Assembly (NCBI GenBank): GCA_045590415.1
Contig: JAZNRA010000033.1
Location: 1-38,229 of the forward strand
DNA: 38,229 nt
Source of the DNA: Acutalibacteraceae bacterium
Lineage (GTDB): Bacteria; Bacillota; Clostridia; Oscillospirales; Acutalibacteraceae
Direction of reading: 5' to 3'
Under the pieces are notes generated by a model. The model worked only from the letters and a program-made list of their open reading frames with translations. It ran no database searches and was not told the origin of the DNA. The first letter of the stretch is position 1. The number at the start of each line of letters is the position of its first letter. Shown piece after piece: positions 27,563 to 37,549 of this stretch. The position numbers and the translations under genes were made by a program.

Positions 27563-29545
27563 CTATTTTTGCGCAGCACATGCGCGCTCACTTTCTGTTA
27601 AATAGGCATCAATTGCCTTGTGAAGAAGAGTGGTGGCTGTTTCAAGACTTGTGTCCTTCAAATAAGCACCCGCCATCGTTTGATGTCCGCCACCGCCAAC
27701 AGCTTCCATAATCAACTGAACGTTGATTTCGCCGTATGAACGGGCAGAAATATTCACACCACCGTTTTCAGAGAATAAAACGAAGGATGCTATCACGTCT
27801 TTAACAGAAAGCAGTTCATCTGCAGCTTGTGATGCCGCTATACGCATGCCGGTTCCGCCGGAATCGGCACAAGCAATTGCCATGGCGCGGTACGAGGTTG
27901 CTGCCGAAACGATTTCTGCTTTATGCTGATATACCGTCATGTCCTCTGCAAACATCCGTTTGACCTCTACCGTATCCGCACCGAGCTTGCGTAAATACGC
28001 CGCCGCTTCAAACGTGCGGACACCTGCCTTCATCACAAAATGCCGCGTATCCAACATAATGCCGGCAAGCAGCGCCTCTGCCTCCAAACGCGACACCGTC
28101 ACGCCGTTCATATATTGCAGTATCTCTGCTACCATTTCCGAAGCGGAACTGGAATACGGCTCATGATAAAAGAGAACCGCATCATCAATATGATCGATCA
28201 TTTTTCTGTGGTGATCGATCACCGCCACCGTTTCCACTTGCTGATACAGTTCCGGCAAATCCAACCGCTCTGACTGATGAATATCCGTAATAATCAGCAA
28301 TGTATTCGGTGTGACCATCGAAAGCACATCTTTTGTTTCGAGAAAGAAATCGCCTTTCCCTTGGACACGGTAGTGCTCCACTAATGCGTTTGCCAACGTC
28401 GTTTCGGGATCATATACGGTGTACGATTGTGTCCCCATTTTTCGACACGCGGCTGTCAATGCAACGGCAGAGCCCAAACAATCCAAATCGGAATACCGAT
28501 GTCCCATCGTGAGCACCATATCGCTATCCGCGATCATCTGCTGTAATGCAGATGCGATCACGCGCGAACGTACCTTTGTACGTTTTTCCACGCTTTTGGA
28601 CATACCGCCGTAAAAATCAAACCCATTCTTGGTTTTGATAACCGCCTGATCCCCGCCGCGACCGAGCGCCATATCCAAGGTTTGCCGCGCTTGCAAATCA
28701 GCATCACACAGCGTTTGGCCGCGACCGACACCAATAGACAACGTCAAACTGATATTGTCCGCCGTAGGAATGGCACGCACTTTATCAAGAATATCAAAGC
28801 GATCGTTTTGAATGATATCCAAATACCGCTGTTCAATAAGGAGTATAAAACGATCAGAGCCGTTTTTACGGAATAAACCGGCATGTGCATTGGCCCAATT
28901 TTCGATGAGAAGATCCACCTGCGAGAACAGTTGTGTACGCTCGCTGTCGCGGAGATTCTTCATCACCTCGTCGCTGTTGTCCAAATACAAAGACAACACG
29001 ACCGGACGGCTAAGCTCATATTCCGAGGCAATATGAGTAAGCTCGGTATGATCAAAGCAATACAGCACATAGGATGGCTCCTCGTGCACCCGAAGCTTGC
29101 TGACGTATACCGAATACGTATTGTCGCCGCACGATACCTGCGGCAATACCCGACCGGCCAACTGACCGGCAGAGAGATCGAAAAACACCTCGTTCAAAGG
29201 CCGCCCGAGAGAATCGTTACTACGAAGCACTTCCCGACGGAACAGGTCATTATACCATACGATCTCGCTATTGTCGGATACCACAACAATCGGCACCGGT
29301 GTATTTTCCAGCGCCGTTCGATCATGCTGGCTGAGGTGATCGGTAATACCTGATAAATAACGGCGAATATCCTTTTTAAGATACCTTAAACGCCAAATAC
29401 CGTAAATCCACACCACTACCGATACCGCCGCAGCAACGAAAAATACGGTGCGGTTAAAGAAGAATAACGGCACGAGCAGGAGAAGTGACAACACACCGAA
29501 CAGTATCACAACCGGTGACACTGACCACACGGTTTTGCGTTTCAT
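27563..29545 (-). CDS. gdpP: Cyclic-di-AMP phosphodiesterase GdpP (YybT-like: 2 TM, PAS-like, degenerate GGDEF, DHH/DHHA1)
   Basis: Two N-terminal TM helices, a DHH motif (VAVIDHHRK) and a DHHA1 GGGH motif ([13 protein letters not shown]). The length is about 660 aa, and the position directly upstream of rplI-dnaB matches B. subtilis yybT. Start chosen at the ATG at 29545 (GGAG 8 nt upstream). Confidence 0.85.
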   Translation of the reverse strand: MKRKTVWSVSPVVILFGVLSLLLLVPLFFFNRTVFFVAAAVSVVVWIYGIWRLRYLKKDIRRYLSGITDHLSQHDRTALENTPVPIVVVSDNSEIVWYNDLFRREVLRSNDSLGRPLNEVFFDLSAGQLAGRVLPQVSCGDNTYSVYVSKLRVHEEPSYVLYCFDHTELTHIASEYELSRPVVLSLYLDNSDEVMKNLRDSERTQLFSQVDLLIENWANAHAGLFRKNGSDRFILLIEQRYLDIIQNDRFDILDKVRAIPTADNISLTLSIGVGRGQTLCDADLQARQTLDMALGRGGDQAVIKTKNGFDFYGGMSKSVEKRTKVRSRVIASALQQMIADSDMVLTMGHRYSDLDCLGSAVALTAACRKMGTQSYTVYDPETTLANALVEHYRVQGKGDFFLETKDVLSMVTPNTLLIITDIHQSERLDLPELYQQVETVAVIDHHRKMIDHIDDAVLFYHEPYSSSASEMVAEILQYMNGVTVSRLEAEALLAGIMLDTRHFVMKAGVRTFEAAAYLRKLGADTVEVKRMFAEDMTVYQHKAEIVSAATSYRAMAIACADSGGTGMRIAASQAADELLSVKDVIASFVLFSENGGVNISARSYGEINVQLIMEAVGGGGHQTMAGAYLKDTSLETATTLLHKAIDAYLTESERACAAQK

Positions 29546-29565
29546 TTCCCCCACTCCTTTCTAAA

Positions 29566-31395
29566 TCAGTTTTCCATAATAATGGGTAAAATCATCGGAC
29601 TTCGCTTCGTTTTTTGGAAAAGCATACGAGATAGTTCGTCTCGTACACGGGATTTCATAGTTGCCCAATCGTGTGTGTGGCGCTGACAACATTCTTCCAA
29701 GACGCGGCGCGCGATTGCCCGTGCCTGTTCCATCAATTCTTCCGCTTCCCGCACGTAGACAAAACCGCGGGATACCAGGTCCGGACCGGACACGATCTGC
29801 CCGTTTATCGGATCGATCGTAGCAACCACAACAATCAAGCCGTCCTGCGCCAAATGCTTGCGGTCACGCAACACGATGCTGCCGACGTCACCGATACCCA
29901 ATCCGTCCACCAACGTGCGACCGGCAGGTACGGAGCCAACCACCGACATTTTATCGGGTGTGAGCTCGACCACTTTTCCGAGATCGGTTACCAATACGTT
30001 TTTCGCTGACATTCCCATACTCTTTGCGAGCTGTGCATGTTTCTGCAGGTGCTTGTGCTCACCGTGAACCGGAATGAAGAACTTCGGTTTGGTAATACCT
30101 TGAATAATTTTAAGTTCTTCCTGACAGGCGTGGCCGGACACGTGAACATCGTACATTTTCTCATACACAACATCGCAACCGCGTTTCATCAGCTCATTAA
30201 CAACCTTGCTGACGGTTTTTTCATTTCCGGGAATCGGTGTGGCGGAAATAATGATATAATCATCCGGTCCGACATCCACTTGACGATGATCGGAAAATGC
30301 CATACGCGCCAGTGCCGACATCGGCTCACCTTGGCTACCGGTAGTGATAATAGTCATCTTTTCTTTCGGATAGCGATTGATCATATCGATATCCACGAGA
30401 ATCCCTTCCGGCATGGTAAGGTACTTAAGCTCATGTGCGATTGTAACATTATTGATCATACTGCGACCCGAAATGGCAACCTTACGGCCATCTTTGGCAG
30501 CAGCATCAATGATTTGCTGTATGCGCGGCAGGTTTGAGGAAAACGTAGCGATGATAATCCGCTTATTTTCTGCCTTTTTAAAGAGAGCACTAAAGCTTTC
30601 CCCTACCACGCGCTCACTGGCGGTATAGCCGGGGCGTTCTGCATTGGTGGAATCTGCCATCAACGCCAAAACGCCTTCTTTTCCAAGTTCGCCAAGACGG
30701 GGCAAGTCGATCATTTGACCCATAATGGGCGTGCAATCGATCTTAAAGTCACCGGTATGCACCACGTAACCGATAGGTGTCTTGATGCCAAGTCCCACCG
30801 CGTCCGGAATGGAGTGGTTAACGTTAATGAATTCCACCGAAACTTCACCGAAATGCACGATGTCGCCGGGTTTTACCACATGCAAGGGCACCTTGCCCGA
30901 CAAGCCGTGTTCTTTCAGTTTGGAATCAATAAGCGCAATCGTCAGCTTTGTCGCATAGATCGGGAAAATCATTTGCTTGAGCAGATACGGCAAAGCACCG
31001 ATATGATCTTCGTGTCCGTGAGTGATCACAATACCGCGGATTTGATCGCGACACTTTTCCACGTGGGTGAAATCCGGCAAGACGATATCGACACCAAGCA
31101 GATCTTCGTCCGGAAACGCCATACCGCAATCGATCAAGAAAGAATCGTTGCCGTATTCGAACAGCGTCATATTCTTACCGATCTCATTCAAACCGCCGAG
31201 CATGGTAATGTGCACGGGATGCGTAGGTTTCGGGGCCGGCTTCTTCGATTGTTTGCGATTGGTATTATAGCGACGCGTCGGTTGACGAGTCGATTTCTTT
31301 TCCTCGTTATTGGCAGGTGCTTTTGTATTACGGGGCTTACGCACATTGTTTTTCGGCGTAGCAGGTGTTTGTCGTTTTGTTTGTTCTGTTGCCAT
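29566..31395 (-). CDS. rnj: Ribonuclease J (beta-CASP metallo-beta-lactamase RNase) with a basic N-terminal extension
   Basis: LGGLNEIGKNMTLFEY, HGHEDHIG, and a beta-CASP region. GGAGGA lies 4 nt upstream of the ATG at 31395. There is no RBS before the internal Met at the start of the conserved core. Confidence 0.93.
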   Translation of the reverse strand: MATEQTKRQTPATPKNNVRKPRNTKAPANNEEKKSTRQPTRRYNTNRKQSKKPAPKPTHPVHITMLGGLNEIGKNMTLFEYGNDSFLIDCGMAFPDEDLLGVDIVLPDFTHVEKCRDQIRGIVITHGHEDHIGALPYLLKQMIFPIYATKLTIALIDSKLKEHGLSGKVPLHVVKPGDIVHFGEVSVEFINVNHSIPDAVGLGIKTPIGYVVHTGDFKIDCTPIMGQMIDLPRLGELGKEGVLALMADSTNAERPGYTASERVVGESFSALFKKAENKRIIIATFSSNLPRIQQIIDAAAKDGRKVAISGRSMINNVTIAHELKYLTMPEGILVDIDMINRYPKEKMTIITTGSQGEPMSALARMAFSDHRQVDVGPDDYIIISATPIPGNEKTVSKVVNELMKRGCDVVYEKMYDVHVSGHACQEELKIIQGITKPKFFIPVHGEHKHLQKHAQLAKSMGMSAKNVLVTDLGKVVELTPDKMSVVGSVPAGRTLVDGLGIGDVGSIVLRDRKHLAQDGLIVVVATIDPINGQIVSGPDLVSRGFVYVREAEELMEQARAIARRVLEECCQRHTHDWATMKSRVRDELSRMLFQKTKRSPMILPIIMEN

Positions 31396-31564
31396 AAAAT
31401 CCTCCGTTTCTTAAAATCAGGTAAAATCGAAATTAAGCCCCACTGCATCTGTGAGGCCGTGATAAGATGACGCGACTCATTGAGTGGGGCGTATCATCTT
31501 TAAGCAATATAGTCCGAACACATAAAAAGAAGAAATTGCGCTAACCGATCACACTAGTATTTCC

Positions 31565-31593
31565 ATTTTACCTTTTTACAGTGGTATTGTCAA
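31565..31593 (-). promoter_or_regulatory. Candidate sigma-A promoter for rnj
   Basis: On the minus strand: TTGACA (31588-31593), 17-nt spacer, TAAAAT (31565-31570). This implies a 5' leader of about 160 nt. Confidence 0.5.
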
Positions 31594-31626
31594 GTTAAAG
31601 TATTGTTCACCCGGACGCAAATAGAC

Positions 31627-31655
31627 TTGCAGGAAACAAATTTTTTTGCTACAAT
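31627..31655 (+). promoter_or_regulatory. Candidate sigma-A promoter for rnhA
   Basis: TTGCAG (31627-31632), 17-nt spacer, TACAAT (31650-31655). Confidence 0.5.
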
Positions 31656-31688
31656 GTGTTCAGCGATCAGCGAAAGCGGGGATTTATC

Positions 31689-32126
31689 ATGAAAAAAGTG
31701 GAATTATTTACCGACGGCGCCTGTTCGGGAAATCCCGGTGCCGGTGGTTGGGCAGCTATTTTACGATACGGTACGCACGAGAAAGAACTGTGCGGCGGCG
31801 AAGAACGCACCACCAACAACCGTATGGAACTCACGGCGGTAATCGAGGGACTGAAAGCGCTGAATGAACGCTGTGAAGTACATATCACAACAGATTCTCA
31901 ATACGTTGTTAACGGCATTGAGAAGGGCTGGGCGGCAAACTGGAAGAAGAACGGATGGCGAAAAGCAGACAAGAAGCCCGCTCTTAATGCCGATCTGTGG
32001 GATGCACTGTTAAGTCTTATCGCTTTACACGATGTTTCTTTCCACTGGGTGCACGGACACCAAGGGCATCCTGAAAACGAGCGTTGCGACGCACTTGCTG
32101 TTGCACAATATCAACTGTTAACATAA
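31689..32126 (+). CDS. rnhA: Ribonuclease HI
   Basis: [25 protein letters not shown], ..TNNRMEL.., ..TDSQY.., and ..[19 protein letters not shown] motifs (DEDD catalytic residues). Start moved to the ATG at 31689. Confidence 0.9.
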   Translation: MKKVELFTDGACSGNPGAGGWAAILRYGTHEKELCGGEERTTNNRMELTAVIEGLKALNERCEVHITTDSQYVVNGIEKGWAANWKKNGWRKADKKPALNADLWDALLSLIALHDVSFHWVHGHQGHPENERCDALAVAQYQLLT

Positions 32127-32156
32127 AAAAGGCCGGTCAAACGACCGGCTTTTTTA
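32125..32156. terminator. Bidirectional terminator (rnhA / tyrS)
   Basis: Stem GCCGGTC/GACCGGC (32132-32138 and 32143-32149) with loop AAAC, flanked by A6 and T6 runs. Confidence 0.85.
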
Positions 32157-33383
32157 TTATTCAATAACCGCTTTGTGGAAAACTTTTTTACCCTTGCGGA
32201 TCTTGAGCCCTGCTTTAAGATCGGCTTCGGTGTAAACGACGTTGAGGTTATCCACCTTTTGCTCGTTCACCGTCACACCGCCTTGCAACACCAAGCGGCG
32301 CGCCTCACTTTTGGAAGGCAATAACTCACAGCGTAAAAGCAGATCCAGAATACCGATAGAACCGTCGGTCAGATCATCCGCGGTCAGCGTGGTGGTCGGC
32401 ATATCGGAATCGTCCGCACCGCCCGCAAACAACGCTTGTGACGCCGTGCGCGCCTTATCTGCTTCCTCTTTACCGTGAACAAGAGTGGTAAGCTCATAGG
32501 CCAAAATATCCTTCGCCTTGTTGAGTTCGGCGCCCTCCCATTTATCCATCGCATCAATTTCTTCGAGCGGAATAAAGGTCAGCATACGGATGCATTTCAG
32601 CACGTCCTGATCACCCACGTTGCGCCAATACTGGTAAAATTCAAACGGAGAAGTCTTGTTGGGATCCAGCCACACCGCACCGTTAGCGGTCTTGCCCATC
32701 TTCTTGCCCTCGGAGTTCATGAGCAACGTGATGGTCATGGCATACGCATCTTTACCGAGCTTACGGCGAATCAGTTCCGTACCGCCCAGCATATTGGACC
32801 ACTGGTCGTCGCCGCCGAACTGCATGTTGCAATCGTATTCCTTATACAGATGATAGAAATCGTACGACTGCATGATCATGTAGTTGAATTCGAGGAAGGA
32901 TAAGCCCTTTTCCATGCGTTGCTTATAACATTCGGCACGCAGCATATTGTTGACCGAGAAGCAAGCGCCTACCTCACGCAACAGATCAACATAATTGAGC
33001 TTTAACAGCCAATCGGCATTATTGACCGCGATCGCGCCGTTTTCACCCTCAAAATCAATGAATTTCTCCATCTGCTTTTTGAAGCATTCACAGTTGTGCT
33101 CGATGGTTTCGGGACTCATCATGGAACGCATATCGCTTCTGCCGGACGGATCGCCGATATAACCGGTGCCGCCGCCGAGCAACACGACCGGACGGTTGCC
33201 CGCCATCTGCAACCGTTTCATCAAGCACAGCGCCATAAAATGACCGACGTGCAAGGAATCCGCCGTCGGATCAAATCCAATGTAAAACCGCGCTTTTCCG
33301 TTATTGACGAGCTCACGAATTTCGCTTTCGTCCGTAACCTGTGCGATCAATCCTCTTGCTACCAATTCTTCGTAGATTTTCAT
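32157..33383 (-). CDS. tyrS: Tyrosine--tRNA ligase
   Basis: HIGH-type motif (SLHVGH), KMSKS-type motif (KKMGKT) and a C-terminal S4-like domain. Confidence 0.95.
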   Translation of the reverse strand: MKIYEELVARGLIAQVTDESEIRELVNNGKARFYIGFDPTADSLHVGHFMALCLMKRLQMAGNRPVVLLGGGTGYIGDPSGRSDMRSMMSPETIEHNCECFKKQMEKFIDFEGENGAIAVNNADWLLKLNYVDLLREVGACFSVNNMLRAECYKQRMEKGLSFLEFNYMIMQSYDFYHLYKEYDCNMQFGGDDQWSNMLGGTELIRRKLGKDAYAMTITLLMNSEGKKMGKTANGAVWLDPNKTSPFEFYQYWRNVGDQDVLKCIRMLTFIPLEEIDAMDKWEGAELNKAKDILAYELTTLVHGKEEADKARTASQALFAGGADDSDMPTTTLTADDLTDGSIGILDLLLRCELLPSKSEARRLVLQGGVTVNEQKVDNLNVVYTEADLKAGLKIRKGKKVFHKAVIE

Positions 33384-33662
33384 AGTTTTTCTCCTTTATA
33401 AACATAAAACCCTCTGCAGCATACGCTACAGAGGGCAAAGTTTGCGGTACCACCTCTGAACGGACAGTTCTCACAAACTGTCCCTCACGGAGTGCCACAG
33501 GCACTCACACGCTGTAACGGGCGCTCCCGTCATACCCTACTAAAAAATTCAGGCAGCCGCTCCGGAGTGTATTCGCACGAAGCCCTTACATTCTTGCACC
33601 AACCGAATGCTCTCTGAAAAAAGGTCAGCCGTGTTACTGGTCTCCTTCTTTGCGTTTCATCG
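33384..33662 (-). promoter_or_regulatory. T-box riboswitch leader (Tyr, UAC specifier) controlling tyrS
   Basis: The minus-strand leader has a stem-I AGAGAG region and a specifier context GCGAA-UAC-A, with UAC at 33569-33571. The conserved T-box sequence AGAGGTGGTACCGCAAA lies within 33441-33460. An 11-bp terminator hairpin followed by TTTTAT (33401-33435) sits directly before the tyrS RBS. Confidence 0.88.
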
Positions 33663-33668
33663 TTTATG

Positions 33669-33697
33669 AGTATACCAAAAGAATTCAAAAAAGTAAA
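33669..33697 (-). promoter_or_regulatory. Candidate extended -10 promoter for the tyrS T-box leader
   Basis: On the minus strand: TTTACT (33692-33697), 17-nt spacer, TGgTATACT (-10 hexamer at 33669-33674). Confidence 0.4.
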
Positions 33698-33700
33698 GAG

Positions 33701-34519
33701 TCAATTTACATCCTCATTTTTCAAAGCGGAAAGGATACAAGCAGCGCTCTCTAACACCAGATCCGGTTGATCTTCGGACGCTTCTAAAATATCGTACGTC
33801 GTTTCTCCGCTCATTACCAGGACCGCCAAAACACCGGCATTAAGCCCGCTCTTCACATCTGTATAAATACGGTCGCCGACCATAGCGGTATGGGCGGCAT
33901 CGATACCGGTTCGTTCCATAGCCAGTTGCGGCATCAGCGGGGACGGCTTGCCCACCGAAATCGGGCGCCGCTTTGATACGTTATACAGCATATCGCACAT
34001 ACTGCCGCAATCCGGCACGCTTCCGAAAGAAGTGGGACAAACGTAGTCAAGATTGGTGGCAATGTACGGAATGCCCGGACGCGTATGCAACAGTTTGGAA
34101 ATGTCATAAAGTTTTTGGAAGGTGAGTTCCGTATCGTTTCCCATAATGATGCAGTCTGTCTTTTCGAGATTCTCAGTCACGATAAACCCTTCGCGTCGCA
34201 ATTCTTCTTTTAAAGACTCTGTGCCGCACACGTACAATTGCGCGTCTGCGTGATGCAGTTTCAAATAATAGGCAACCGCTTGCGTCGACGTTAGAAAATC
34301 GTCGTATTCCGCCGCTATCCCCAACTTTTCAAGTTTTACGATATAATCCTTAACACTTTTTGAGGAGTTGTTTGTCACAAACAAATACCGTCTTCCGCTC
34401 TCGCGAATGACGCGTAACAATTCCTTGGTAAAATCGTACAGGTCGTTTTCAAGATACAACGTACCGTCCATATCAAATAAAAAGAGCTGTGTATTACGAA
34501 TACGGTCTTCAGCCGTCAT
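33701..34519 (-). CDS. HAD-IIA family hydrolase (NagD-like sugar-phosphate phosphatase family)
   Basis: HAD motifs FLFDMDGTLY, VTNNSS, and MVGDRIYTDV. Start moved to the ATG at 34519 (GAGGTGA 5 nt upstream). Confidence 0.85.
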   Translation of the reverse strand: MTAEDRIRNTQLFLFDMDGTLYLENDLYDFTKELLRVIRESGRRYLFVTNNSSKSVKDYIVKLEKLGIAAEYDDFLTSTQAVAYYLKLHHADAQLYVCGTESLKEELRREGFIVTENLEKTDCIIMGNDTELTFQKLYDISKLLHTRPGIPYIATNLDYVCPTSFGSVPDCGSMCDMLYNVSKRRPISVGKPSPLMPQLAMERTGIDAAHTAMVGDRIYTDVKSGLNAGVLAVLVMSGETTYDILEASEDQPDLVLESAACILSALKNEDVN

Positions 34520-34560
34520 CTGTATCACCTCATACCGAAAAGTCGTTTCGTCGTTATTCA

Positions 34561-34589
34561 AGCATATCATTTAACCCTTTTTGTGTCAA
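34561..34589 (-). promoter_or_regulatory. Candidate sigma-A promoter for the HAD hydrolase gene
   Basis: On the minus strand: TTGACA (34584-34589), 17-nt spacer, TATGCT (34561-34566). Confidence 0.45.
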
Positions 34590-34604
34590 GGCGAAAGAAA
34601 AGAT

Positions 34605-34632
34605 TTGCACTATTCAGAAAATATGTTATACT
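34605..34632 (+). promoter_or_regulatory. Candidate extended -10 promoter for the PAP2 gene
   Basis: TTGCAC (34605-34610), 16-nt spacer, TGtTATACT (-10 hexamer at 34627-34632). Confidence 0.5.
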
Positions 34633-34664
34633 GTATAGCATGTTGCATCAGGAAGGAGCTTACT

Positions 34665-35594
34665 ATGTCATTTTTATACGCGTTGGAATCCATCCGTAAC
34701 TCCGTATTTGACGTGTTTTTCTCCATCGTCACGCTGTTTGGAGAAGAAACCATTTTTATGGCAGTCGGCATGATCGTGTTTTGGTGTATCAACAAGTACC
34801 AAGGTTATTTTTTGCTCTCCGTCGGTTTTTTGGGAACCGTTATAAACCAGTTTCTGAAAATACTGTTTCGCATCCCTCGTCCGTGGGTACGCGACCCCAA
34901 CTTCACCATTGTGTCATCAGCAGAAGACGCTGCCACCGGTTATTCGTTCCCGAGCGGGCACACGCAAACGTCGGTTGGATTGTTCGGCGGTATTGCCCGT
35001 TGGAATAAAAATACCTCTCTGCGTATCGCTATGATCGCCTTGTGTGTGCTGGTACCGTTTTCCCGTATGTATCTCGGCGTTCATACACCGGCAGACGTTC
35101 TCGTCTCTGTTGCTCTTGCTCTTTTGCTGGTGCTTGTGGGGTATCCTCTCTTTAAAAAAGCGGAAAACTCCCCAAAAACGATGTATACCATCCTTCTTGT
35201 CATGACAGCCGTCGTGCTTGCCTTCTTATGTTTTGTTTGTTTTTACCCCTTTCCTGCTGACGTCTATACTGAATCGGCTATTCATAATCTGGAATCGGCG
35301 CAAAAGAACGCCTTTACTCTAACCGGCTGTGCTGTCGGTCTCATCGTTGTCTACACGATCGACCTCAAATACACTCACTTTGACACAAAAGCCGTGTGGT
35401 GGGCACAACTGCTCAAAATTGTGGGCGGTCTCGCCGCGGTACTGATCGTGAAAGAACTGTTGCGCTCCCCACTTGAGTTTCTTATTCCGCACGTATTATG
35501 TGCACGGTTGGTGCGGTATTTCCTAATGGTGGTGGTCGGCGGTGCCTTATGGCCGATGACATTCAAATGGTTTGGAAAGCTTGGTAAAAAATAA
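34665..35594 (+). CDS. PAP2-family membrane phosphatase (phosphatidic acid / undecaprenyl-diphosphate phosphatase type)
   Basis: The three PAP2 motifs are KILFRIPRPW, FPSGHT, and SRMYLGVHTPADV, and the protein has multiple TM helices. Start moved to the ATG at 34665 (GGAAGGAG 6 nt upstream). Confidence 0.85.
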   Translation: MSFLYALESIRNSVFDVFFSIVTLFGEETIFMAVGMIVFWCINKYQGYFLLSVGFLGTVINQFLKILFRIPRPWVRDPNFTIVSSAEDAATGYSFPSGHTQTSVGLFGGIARWNKNTSLRIAMIALCVLVPFSRMYLGVHTPADVLVSVALALLLVLVGYPLFKKAENSPKTMYTILLVMTAVVLAFLCFVCFYPFPADVYTESAIHNLESAQKNAFTLTGCAVGLIVVYTIDLKYTHFDTKAVWWAQLLKIVGGLAAVLIVKELLRSPLEFLIPHVLCARLVRYFLMVVVGGALWPMTFKWFGKLGKK

Positions 35595-35596
35595 AA

Positions 35597-35630
35597 GAGA
35601 AGGAGTCAGCGTTTGCTGACTCCTTGTTTT
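35597..35630. terminator. Bidirectional terminator (PAP2 gene / SGNH esterase gene)
   Basis: 11-bp stem AAGGAGTCAGC/GCTGACTCCTT (35600-35610 and 35615-35625) with loop GTTT and T-runs on both strands. Confidence 0.8.
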
Positions 35631-36700
35631 TATTTAGTCATCGCTTTAACAACCGGCTCCAACACGTTACAAACGGCATTCGCCATAGAAAAGAATCCCA
35701 GATCGGTAGGATGGCATCCGTCGACTGTTCCCTCATCCAAAGCATCTGCCATCAGGGTAGGCCCGTCAAGGAAATAGACGTTCTTATCCCCACGTTCAAG
35801 TGCGTGCTCATAGGTGGCACGAATAACCTCTAAACGTGCTATTTCACCGGGGCACAGATAATATACCGGTCTGGACATGATCAAGATTGGTATATCAGGA
35901 TGCGCGTCGCGGATGATCTTGAAAAAGCGTTCATGTGTTTCTTTAAGGTGTTCAGCATTGGCGGCATTGTGATCGTAATCCAACACAAACATCGACATAT
36001 CCAATGTTTTGATATACTCCGCCATCTCCGCTTCGCCTTTCGCACTGCCGGAGAAACCGAGGTTGATATGGTCCATGTTCAAACGGCGGGAAACAATATT
36101 GTCATAAATCATACCGGGGCGCGATGAACACCCGCCTTGCGTAATGGATGAGCCGTAAAATACGATCGGTTTTTCTATTGCATACGGTTCCGGCTCGTTA
36201 ACATCGGCGGATTTACTGAGCCCGATACACAGATCGCTGATCTCACTGTGACGCGGAAAATGGATCGTGATATCTCGAACTTCGGAAGTTCCCCAATCCA
36301 TGATGCTCTCGTATCCCGTTTTCATATCACAGGGCGGCAAAAAGGTCTTGACGTAACGTTCTTCACCCTCTTTACGAACATATAGATCAAAACCGCACGT
36401 CGCGGCACCGGCGCTTTGCGGGGAAGCGTATGCAATTTCCGGCATTTCGGCATGGATAGCCACATAAGGACTGTTGGTCTTAAAACGCACGCGGCCGCCC
36501 GTTGTTTTGGCGTGCAACGCCAGCACACCTTCGTTAGTAGCAGCCGCAACATGTTCCGGCAAACGACGGAACCTGCCATCCTCATAGATGAGGCCGTACA
36601 CTTTAAACGGCGCCTTCCGTACATCATAAAACGTGACGTCGTCTTTTTCAATCGTGGTTTCTACTTTAAAATTCGGGTCGATCTGTTCTAAAGTAGGCAT
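35630..36700 (-). CDS. SGNH/GDSL-type esterase with an N-terminal GxDLY beta-sandwich domain
   Basis: The N-terminal half has GFDLY (GxDLY motif). The catalytic block is IVFYGSSITQGG (Ser) and the C-terminal block is DGCHPTDLGF (Asp/His). Confidence 0.8.
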   Translation of the reverse strand: MPTLEQIDPNFKVETTIEKDDVTFYDVRKAPFKVYGLIYEDGRFRRLPEHVAAATNEGVLALHAKTTGGRVRFKTNSPYVAIHAEMPEIAYASPQSAGAATCGFDLYVRKEGEERYVKTFLPPCDMKTGYESIMDWGTSEVRDITIHFPRHSEISDLCIGLSKSADVNEPEPYAIEKPIVFYGSSITQGGCSSRPGMIYDNIVSRRLNMDHINLGFSGSAKGEAEMAEYIKTLDMSMFVLDYDHNAANAEHLKETHERFFKIIRDAHPDIPILIMSRPVYYLCPGEIARLEVIRATYEHALERGDKNVYFLDGPTLMADALDEGTVDGCHPTDLGFFSMANAVCNVLEPVVKAMTK

Positions 36701-36754
36701 GCAATCACTCCCCTATTTTTTAAAAGTATACCATGCGGCTTTTCGTCAGTCAAC

Positions 36755-36784
36755 CTTTACTTCTCTTGTTTTTTGTGGTATACT
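36755..36784 (+). promoter_or_regulatory. Candidate extended -10 promoter for nadE
   Basis: TGgTATACT (-10 hexamer at 36779-36784) with a weak -35 (TTACTT/TTTACT region at 36754-36761). Confidence 0.35.
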
Positions 36785-36812
36785 AACGATGATTTCTACT
36801 CTTGGAGGGCTC

Positions 36813-37547
36813 ATGATGTTTGATGCAATGAAGGTGAAAACCGATTGCGTGGAATGGATCCGCGCATTTTTTGAAGAGAATGGAAAAGACTGTAATGCCG
36901 TTGTGGGTATTTCCGGCGGTAAAGACAGTTCCATTGCCGCCGCGCTGTGTGTAGAAGCGCTTGGTAAAGACCGCGTGATCGGCGTCTTAATGCCGCAAGG
37001 TGAACAGCACGATATCGATATGGCATATCTGCTGGTGAACCATTTGGGAATTAAATATTATGTCGTCAACATCAAAAATACGGTAGACAGCATTCTTGCC
37101 GCTATGCCGAAAGATCTCCCACTTTCTGTACAAGCCAAAACCAACCTGCCGCCGCGCATTCGTATGTCTACTCTGTATGCGGTCAGCCAATCGGTAAACG
37201 GTCGTGTTGCCAATACTTGTAATTTGTCAGAAGACTGGGTTGGCTATTCCACACGCTACGGTGATGCCGCGGGTGACTTCTCCCCCATGTCGCATTTGAC
37301 CGTAACGGAAGTGAAAGAAATCGGCTATTTGTTGGGCTTGCCGAAGGAATTGGTCGATAAAACCCCCATCGACGGGTTGTGCGGGAAAACCGATGAGGAA
37401 AACCTCGGCTTCACCTACGCCGAACTGGACGTATATATCCGTACCGGCGTAATGGAAGATCCCGAAAAGAAGGCGCTCATCGATAAAAAGCACGCAGCGA
37501 ACCTCTTTAAACTGCAGCTGATGCCGAGCTTTAAACCGAATATGTAA
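36813..37547 (+). CDS. nadE: Ammonia-dependent NAD(+) synthetase
   Basis: PP-loop VVGISGGKDSS and a length of about 244 aa. The start is ATG at 36813 or 36816, behind GGAGGG. The track's longer ORF runs back through the promoter and the divergent gene. Confidence 0.9.
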   Translation: MMFDAMKVKTDCVEWIRAFFEENGKDCNAVVGISGGKDSSIAAALCVEALGKDRVIGVLMPQGEQHDIDMAYLLVNHLGIKYYVVNIKNTVDSILAAMPKDLPLSVQAKTNLPPRIRMSTLYAVSQSVNGRVANTCNLSEDWVGYSTRYGDAAGDFSPMSHLTVTEVKEIGYLLGLPKELVDKTPIDGLCGKTDEENLGFTYAELDVYIRTGVMEDPEKKALIDKKHAANLFKLQLMPSFKPNM

Positions 37548-37549
37548 AG

